In this document: positions 1 to 5,270 of the stretch, piece after piece
Layout: every line of letters begins with the position of its first letter
Numbering within the stretch: position 1 is the first letter of the stretch
Assembly (NCBI GenBank): GCA_046757525.1
Contig: JBHHYI010000142.1
Span: 1 to 10,526 of the forward strand
Source: a bacterium
GTDB taxonomy: Bacteria > Zhuqueibacterota > Zhuqueibacteria > Oceanimicrobiales > Oceanimicrobiaceae
DNA length: 10,526 bases
Reading direction: 5' to 3'
Position numbers and translations under genes: made by a program
Notes under the pieces: generated by a model
The model's input: the letters and a program-made list of their open reading frames with translations, nothing else
What the model was told of the DNA's origin: nothing
The model's database searches: none

Positions 1-158
1 ACCTGATCGACGTGTTTTCGCTTGAAGGCCACTATCTGTCCAGTTTTTATCTGGGATTCAGCGCCACGGCCTTGTGTTTGTACCGGAACCAGGTGGCCCT
101 GCTGGTCTCGTCGAGGGGACAAAGAATTGAGACGTATAGCATTGAGAAGATCAGGTGA
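1..158 (+). CDS. 3' end of a gene entering the window; probable last blade of a 6-bladed beta-propeller (NHL/TolB-like) protein
   Basis: The frame starting at nt 3 is open to TGA at 156-158 and reads LIDVFSLEGHYLSSFYLGFSATALCLYRNQVALLVSSRGQRIETYSIEKIR*. 'IDVFSLEGHYL' fits the 'xDVFdxdGxYL' blade motif and is followed by short beta-strand-like segments. It is not in the ORF track because its start is outside the window. Confidence 0.6.
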   Translation, partial: LIDVFSLEGHYLSSFYLGFSATALCLYRNQVALLVSSRGQRIETYSIEKIR

Positions 159-183
159 TGACGTGGACGCCTGCTTGTTAGAA

Positions 184-208
184 CAGATTTCTGCCTGCGC
201 TTGCAATG
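184..208. repeat. Degenerate REP/RS3-like half-element, copy 1
   Basis: CAGATTTCTGCCTGCGCTTGCAATG matches 5195-5219 (CAGATTCCTGCCTTCGGTTGGAATG) at 21 of 25 positions in the same orientation. Confidence 0.55.
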
Positions 209-336
209 AAAAATCCGGAGGGGAGTTTTTGGTCAACTGTTGTGTAGTGCCCTAAACGGTCATGGGCCGCGTTGTAACTGAAGCCATGACAATGCATCTG
301 TCTCAAAGGCTTACAATCCATTGGTCGATTTAACAC

Positions 337-365
337 TTGAATTTTCGATATTAATTGTTTACAAT
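337..365 (+). promoter_or_regulatory. Putative sigma70 promoter for the kinase/receiver genes
   Basis: TTGAAT (337-342), a 17-nt spacer, then TACAAT (360-365), in an AT-rich stretch about 85 nt upstream of ATG 451. Confidence 0.55.
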
Positions 366-450
366 AAAAGAGAAATTCTTCTCTTCTCTTGCATCCGCGA
401 ACTGGCTTCCCTGTTTTCTATTCTTATCACACTTAAAAGGTGAGATATCG

Positions 451-2076
451 ATGGAGAAGGTTGCTTTCATATTTGGTTACGCCGCGAGATTTGCCAGCCT
501 GACCTCGGGCATTACCTGCATTTCAGCATTCATAATATTTTTCTTATTGAGTTTGTTTGCGCGAAAATCATCACCCATAAGAAAACAAAAGCTGTACAAT
601 TATTGTTCGTTGTACCTCCTGCTGGTGGGTCTCTACCAAATCTTCATCTTTTGTATTATGAGAGAAACATCCGACCCTGCTCGGGCGCTGGTTTTCCACC
701 GCTTGACCTATTTTTTTGGACTTCCCACCATACCGATATTCTTGTACGTCGTTTTGATTCTGACCGTAGGGAATTATCGGGAATTTCTGTTATCAAATCG
801 AATCAAGCCAAGATGGAAGAATCTGACTCGGCGTTTGTGGTGGCCGATTTGGATATCCACGGCCCTGGTTTGGACCGTTAACCTCGCCGATCTGTTGACA
901 GGAAGAGATGTCCTCTTGGCGGCCCGTCGAGCACCGATCCAGGATTCCTTCATTCCTTTGATGGGCGCCATAAGCAGTCGTTATCCCTTGCTGCATACCA
1001 ACATGATCTGGCGGCTTTGGCAAGTTACGTTCACCGTGACGGTTGCCTTGTCGGTAGCCTATTTGATTCGGGCCATCTGGTTTGAGAGACCTGAAGTCGC
1101 GACGTCCGACGAACGAACAAGAATTCCCGGCAAGAAAAGCCTGGACATATTTCTGAGAGGGCTCAAAAACAAGAACCCCACCTTCAAGTGGATCAAAACG
1201 TTTGCGTTCCTTTCATTCATTCACATCCTCAGCACCGCCGTCCAGGGCCTGATCGGCTACGACTGGCGATATTCCTTTCCCATTCCCGTGTATTCGGCTT
1301 CCCTATTGTCGATTGCCTTTGGGTTCATTCTCATCGGTGAAATCGTTGAAGCGCGCGAAAATGTAATCCTGGCCTACACCTCGAGTTATGGATCTCGGAT
1401 GGTTAGCATCGTGGCCCACGAAATGAGCACCCCCTTATTTATCATTCGCGACTTCATTAATCGATTGCAGAAAGAACTACCAGGGGGCTCCCCCAAAAAG
1501 CTATCTGAAGCCAGGAAACCAGGTGTGGTCAAGTATGCAAACGATCTCGCCAGAGTGCAAAAGGCTTTGGACAGACTCGCAAAAACTGTGGACGATTTGA
1601 GGGCCAAGGCCAGCATCTTCAGAACCCGTTTGAAGCTGGTTCCGCTGAATGAGTTGCTATCCGAAGAAGCGGTGATCAGCAACTACGAGGTCAATGGGAA
1701 GAAGTTTAGATTCAACGTTTCGACAGACCCCAGGATCGAGAAGATACGCATCGACCCGGAACAAATGCATGTAATTCTGAGAAACCTGATTGAGAACGCC
1801 ATCGATGCCTTGCCTCAGAAGGGTGGCGTCATCCAAATCTCTTCGAAACTAACTGGCAATCATGTCTTAATTGTCATTCAAGACAACGGTATCGGCATAC
1901 CCAGGAAGCAGTTACCCAGAGTCAAGGAGCCTTTCTTTACCACCAAGCTGAAAGGTACAGGCCTGGGGCTCTCCATCGTTCACGGATTTCTGGATGAAAT
2001 CAAAGGGAAGCTGACAATTGATTCCCAGGAAGGCAATGGTACCAGGGTAGAGATTGCCTTTCCACGTTTTACCTAA
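451..2076 (+). CDS. Membrane sensor histidine kinase, about 7 N-terminal TM helices (HisKA_7TM/LuxN-like layout) + HisKA + HATPase_c, 541 aa
   Basis: H-box VAHEMSTPL (His323, codon 1417-1419), N-box ILRNLIENAIDA, G1 DNGIGI, F-box EPFFTTK, G2 GTGLGL. Seven hydrophobic segments lie in the first ~300 aa. ATG 451 follows SD-like AAGGTGA. The ORF-track TTG at 355 falls inside the predicted promoter. Confidence 0.93.
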   Translation: MEKVAFIFGYAARFASLTSGITCISAFIIFFLLSLFARKSSPIRKQKLYNYCSLYLLLVGLYQIFIFCIMRETSDPARALVFHRLTYFFGLPTIPIFLYVVLILTVGNYREFLLSNRIKPRWKNLTRRLWWPIWISTALVWTVNLADLLTGRDVLLAARRAPIQDSFIPLMGAISSRYPLLHTNMIWRLWQVTFTVTVALSVAYLIRAIWFERPEVATSDERTRIPGKKSLDIFLRGLKNKNPTFKWIKTFAFLSFIHILSTAVQGLIGYDWRYSFPIPVYSASLLSIAFGFILIGEIVEARENVILAYTSSYGSRMVSIVAHEMSTPLFIIRDFINRLQKELPGGSPKKLSEARKPGVVKYANDLARVQKALDRLAKTVDDLRAKASIFRTRLKLVPLNELLSEEAVISNYEVNGKKFRFNVSTDPRIEKIRIDPEQMHVILRNLIENAIDALPQKGGVIQISSKLTGNHVLIVIQDNGIGIPRKQLPRVKEPFFTTKLKGTGLGLSIVHGFLDEIKGKLTIDSQEGNGTRVEIAFPRFT

Positions 2077-2158
2077 ATCGGGCTCAATCCTCTCGATCGA
2101 GGCAATTGAGTCACAACAGGAGTCACGGTTTGAGGAATTAAATTTCAGGAGGAATCGT

Positions 2159-2647
2159 ATGGTCAAAGTAAACTTGCTGCTGGTCGACGATGAACCGGAT
2201 GTGCTCGAAGTTTGGAAAAACTATTTTAGTTACAACACGTTTAATATTCATGAAGCGACCTCGGGTGAAGCGGCCGTGAGGATCGTTGACCAGATCAAAA
2301 GAGAGCGGGAAGCGCGTCTGCTTTTTGTTCTCTTAGATGTAAAAATGCCTGGCTTGAATGGTTTAAAGGTCCTGGAAGAAATAAAACGGCAGGTGCCGAA
2401 TTCCAAGATTTTTATCATAACCGGCAATATCGAAGACAAAGACATTCCCAATACCGCTTATATGACGGGAAAGTATGGCGGGGATGGATTTTACGAAAAG
2501 TCAAAAATCGATTTTGACGCACTGAGAGACAACATCTACACTTTTATCAAAAAAGAAAAAATGAAGTTAACACAGATCCACAAGCTGAGAAATAGCCTGG
2601 AGAAAATGGGTGCAAGTGTTCAAATAGAATATCCGTACAAACTCTAA
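2159..2647 (+). CDS. Response regulator receiver protein with a short C-terminal tail and no HTH, 162 aa
   Basis: LLVDDE acidic pocket, LLDVKMPGLNG (phospho-Asp60), IITG, and YEK as the conserved Lys. AGGAGG at 2147-2152 supports ATG 2159 over the ORF-track start at 2054, which overlaps the kinase. Confidence 0.92.
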   Translation: MVKVNLLLVDDEPDVLEVWKNYFSYNTFNIHEATSGEAAVRIVDQIKREREARLLFVLLDVKMPGLNGLKVLEEIKRQVPNSKIFIITGNIEDKDIPNTAYMTGKYGGDGFYEKSKIDFDALRDNIYTFIKKEKMKLTQIHKLRNSLEKMGASVQIEYPYKL

Positions 2648-2663
2648 AAAACATTGGACAATC

Positions 2664-3062
2664 ATGAAAAAACCAAAGAAATCGAAGATGAGATTTACGG
2701 CTCTTTTAGCCACTGGCGACCAAAGTAGTCGGGACGAACTGGTCAAACTTCTCGAGCAACACAAGTTCCAGGTTACGGTGGTAGACAGTTGCAAGAGAGC
2801 CCTGGAGCATTTATTGGATCATACTTTTGATGTGGTGATATTCGACCCTGAGATTGCAGAACTCAGAGGTTCCGACGCCTTGCAATTGTTCAAGAAAATC
2901 CGACCGGAGACACCCATCATCGTGACCTCCGATGAAAAATCGTATGACACCGAGGTGAAAATTGCAAGAACCGGCGTTTATTTCCGTCTGGCAAAGCCCA
3001 TCGATGCGACGATTACCAAGGAGCTGATGCGCAGCCTTGAAAACAGAATCAAGAAGGTTTAG
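2664..3062 (+). CDS. Stand-alone atypical receiver domain protein, 132 aa
   Basis: FDVVIFDPEI (Asp61), RPETPIIVTS and GVYFRLAKP match the receiver fold. Strand beta1 ends in ATGD instead of VDD. Starts 16 nt after the previous stop. Confidence 0.88.
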   Translation: MKKPKKSKMRFTALLATGDQSSRDELVKLLEQHKFQVTVVDSCKRALEHLLDHTFDVVIFDPEIAELRGSDALQLFKKIRPETPIIVTSDEKSYDTEVKIARTGVYFRLAKPIDATITKELMRSLENRIKKV

Positions 3063-3220
3063 TCCCCAAGCCTTGTCATCAAGTTTATTCCTTCCGAAGC
3101 AACCATCCGCTCAGCCAAACGGGAGGGCGTGCCGTTTCCCGATTTGCCACACTCCCCGCACCCGGCACCCTTTCAGTTTCAGCGACCGGCCTTTCACTGT
3201 TCCATTTTGGTATTTTCAAG

Positions 3221-3239
3221 TTTGGCACCCATCCAGCAA
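3221..3239 (+). promoter_or_regulatory. Putative sigma54 (RpoN) -24/-12 promoter
   Basis: TTTGGCACCCATCCAGCAA has a perfect TGGCAC with GG (3224-3225)-N10-GC (3236-3237). The -12 box is CAGCA rather than TTGCA. It is intergenic, about 110 nt upstream of ATG 3347. Confidence 0.6.
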
Positions 3240-3346
3240 GCGCATATAGCCTCGTTTGCAGGTATTACAATAATGAAATTGCAATTCCGAAGAGCTGTTG
3301 ACGAGGTGGTAGAATCATCTGTTCAATGCAATCTCAGGGGGAAACG

Positions 3347-5080
3347 ATGCAGACGTCGCCACAGAGACGGGATCGAATCCAGATACGCCTTGCTTCCAAC
3401 CAGGACCGCGAGATCATCTACAAAATGCGTCACACCGTTTTTGCTGAAGAACTTGCGCAGCATCCTCAAAACAAGGAAAAGAAGCTCAGCGACCCATTAG
3501 ACACCTTCAATTCTTACATCGTTGCCACCTCGAATGGAAGAATTGCTGGCTTCATTAGCATCACGCCGCCCGGCCGCGCGAAATACTCAGTCGACAAATA
3601 CTTGCAGCGTGATGAGCTGCCTCTACTCCTCAACGACAAGTTGTACGAAGTCCGGCTGCTGGCCGTGCACCCACGCAACCGTCGCCGTAAGATCGCCTCG
3701 CTGCTCATGTATGCCGCCTTCCGTTGGGTAGAAGCCCACGGTGGCAGATGGGTTGTGGCCCTGGGTCGACAGGAAATCATACATCTCTACTTAAAGGCCG
3801 GATTACAGTTATTGGGTCGCCAAATTGAGGCCGGAGCGGTCACGTACGAGCTCATGAGTGCGAAGGTCAGCCGGATACGAGAGCGGATGGCCGCAATGCC
3901 TGAGATGTTCCGGCGCCTCGATCTCGAAGTCGAATGGCAGCTTGGCATTCCGTTCTACCAGGCGTCTTCTTGTGTTCACGGTGGCACGTCTTTCGATCTC
4001 CTGGACAACGGGTTTAGCGATCTTAACGGGAAAAAGGACATGATCCATGCAGACGTTCTGGATGCCTGGTACCCGCCGTCCCCCAAAGTGCTCGAAGCGA
4101 TGCGAGAACATCTGGCCTGGATGGCCCACACTTCTCCGCCTATTTTTGCCGCCGGATTAATCAAGACAATTGCCCGCGTACGGGGGGTCGAAACGGAATG
4201 CGTGCTGCCAGGTGCAGGCGCTTCAAATTTGATCTATTTAGCTCTAAGACAGTGGCTGACGCCTTCCTCAAAAGTCCTGGTTCTCGACCCGACTTACGGT
4301 GAGTACCGGCACGTTCTGGAGCGAATCATTGGCTGCCGGGTAGAACGGTTTGTGCTTCCGCGCACTGAGAATTATTGTCTGGACTGTGCACTGCTAAAAT
4401 CCAAATTGGGCTTTGACTACGATCTGGTCATCCTGGTCAACCCGAACAATCCCACCGGCCGCCATGTGCCACGTGCGGAGTTAATAGCCGCCATTGACCA
4501 GGCCCCGGAGAGCACGCGTTTCTGGATCGATGAAACTTATATCGAGTATGCAGGAACGGATCAGTCGCTTGAGCGATTTGCGGCAAAAAAGAACAACGTG
4601 GTGGTGTGCAAGTCCATGTCGAAAGTTTACGCTTTGAGCGGCCTGCGCGTCGCCTATTTGTGCGCTGCGCCTGAAATAATCGAAGGACTCAAACCGTTCT
4701 CACCGCCGTGGGGGGTGAGCCTGCCTGCACAAATTGCTGCGGTGAGGGCGCTGCAATATCCGGCCTACTATGCCCAACGCTACCAGGAAACGCACGTGCT
4801 GCGCAAACAATTGGTCGAAAGGCTGCAAGCCATCGAAGGCATGGAAATCGTGCCAAGCGTCACCAATTACCTGCTTTGCCACCTGCCCCCGCAAGGTCCG
4901 AAAGCGGCGACTGTATGCGATATGTGCCAGTCGCGAGGGCTTTTTGTTCGCGATGTTAGCGACATGGGCACCGAGTTGGACGAGCATGCGATTCGCATTG
5001 CCGTCAAGGACGCTTTAACCAACGACAAAATGATCCAACTTATCGAGCAGGTGTTGAAGATTAAAGCTGAACACGTGTGA
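3347..5080 (+). CDS. Fusion protein: GNAT-fold acyltransferase (LuxI/N-acyl amino acid synthase-like, ~aa 1-200) + PLP-dependent class I/II enzyme of the CobD/HisC group (~aa 205-577)
   Basis: N-terminal motifs: IYKMRHTVFAEEL, IAGFISIT, YEVRLLAVHPRNRRRKIASLLM, LYLKAGL. C-terminal motifs: VHGG, PTYGEY, VNPNNPTG, IDETYIEY, KSMSKVYALSGLRVAY (PLP Lys426, codon 4622-4624), IRIAV. AGGGGG at 3336-3341 supports ATG 3347; the alternative start is 3326. Confidence 0.9.
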   Translation: MQTSPQRRDRIQIRLASNQDREIIYKMRHTVFAEELAQHPQNKEKKLSDPLDTFNSYIVATSNGRIAGFISITPPGRAKYSVDKYLQRDELPLLLNDKLYEVRLLAVHPRNRRRKIASLLMYAAFRWVEAHGGRWVVALGRQEIIHLYLKAGLQLLGRQIEAGAVTYELMSAKVSRIRERMAAMPEMFRRLDLEVEWQLGIPFYQASSCVHGGTSFDLLDNGFSDLNGKKDMIHADVLDAWYPPSPKVLEAMREHLAWMAHTSPPIFAAGLIKTIARVRGVETECVLPGAGASNLIYLALRQWLTPSSKVLVLDPTYGEYRHVLERIIGCRVERFVLPRTENYCLDCALLKSKLGFDYDLVILVNPNNPTGRHVPRAELIAAIDQAPESTRFWIDETYIEYAGTDQSLERFAAKKNNVVVCKSMSKVYALSGLRVAYLCAAPEIIEGLKPFSPPWGVSLPAQIAAVRALQYPAYYAQRYQETHVLRKQLVERLQAIEGMEIVPSVTNYLLCHLPPQGPKAATVCDMCQSRGLFVRDVSDMGTELDEHAIRIAVKDALTNDKMIQLIEQVLKIKAEHV

Positions 5081-5137
5081 ATGTCATCTCGTGCAAATCT
5101 GAATTGACAAAATCATGGACGACAAAATGATTGCCCC

Positions 5138-5221
5138 CCGAAGGTCAGGGAGAAATCTGGTCCTGGCCAAAGAGCTTACCATTCTGTGCGAAACCAGATT
5201 CCTGCCTTCGGTTGGAATGGC
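5138..5221. repeat. Imperfect long hairpin (REP/MITE-like) between convergent genes; may aid termination or mRNA stability
   Basis: CCGAAGG-t-CAGG-gaga-AATCTGGT (5138-5161) is complementary to ACCAGATT-CCTG-CCTTCGG (5193-5211). There is no clear U-tract directly after the stem. Confidence 0.55.
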
Positions 5222-5270
5222 GCTCGAGTATTTTTCCCTGAGCAACCTGCGTAACCGCATCCTGAACGGC

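Noticed and set aside
22..255. 77-aa ORF
   Set aside because: It overlaps the more protein-like frame ending at 158, starts with TTG without an SD, and runs through a repeat remnant.
355..450. ORF-track N-terminal extension of the kinase from TTG 355
   Set aside because: It lies within the predicted -35/-10 promoter and has no SD, while ATG 451 has one.
2054..2158. ORF-track N-terminal extension of RR1
   Set aside because: It overlaps the kinase end. AGGAGG precedes ATG 2159, where the receiver fold begins.
3117..3137. Intrinsic terminator after RR2 (AAACGG-N9-CCGTTT)
   Set aside because: The 6-bp stem is weak, the loop is long, and no separate U-tract follows.
3129..3500. 123-aa ORF as a real gene or precursor peptide
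   Set aside because: It spans the sigma54 motif, overlaps the fusion gene out of frame, and has no recognisable motif.
3982..3997. Second TGGCAC as a sigma54 site
   Set aside because: It is inside the coding sequence and has no GC at the -12 position.
3347..5080. Assigning hisC, cobD, luxI or cqsA as gene symbol
   Set aside because: The motifs give only the family. The fusion architecture and lack of pathway neighbours do not support orthology, and the PLP domain is CobD/HisC-like rather than AONS-like as in CqsA.
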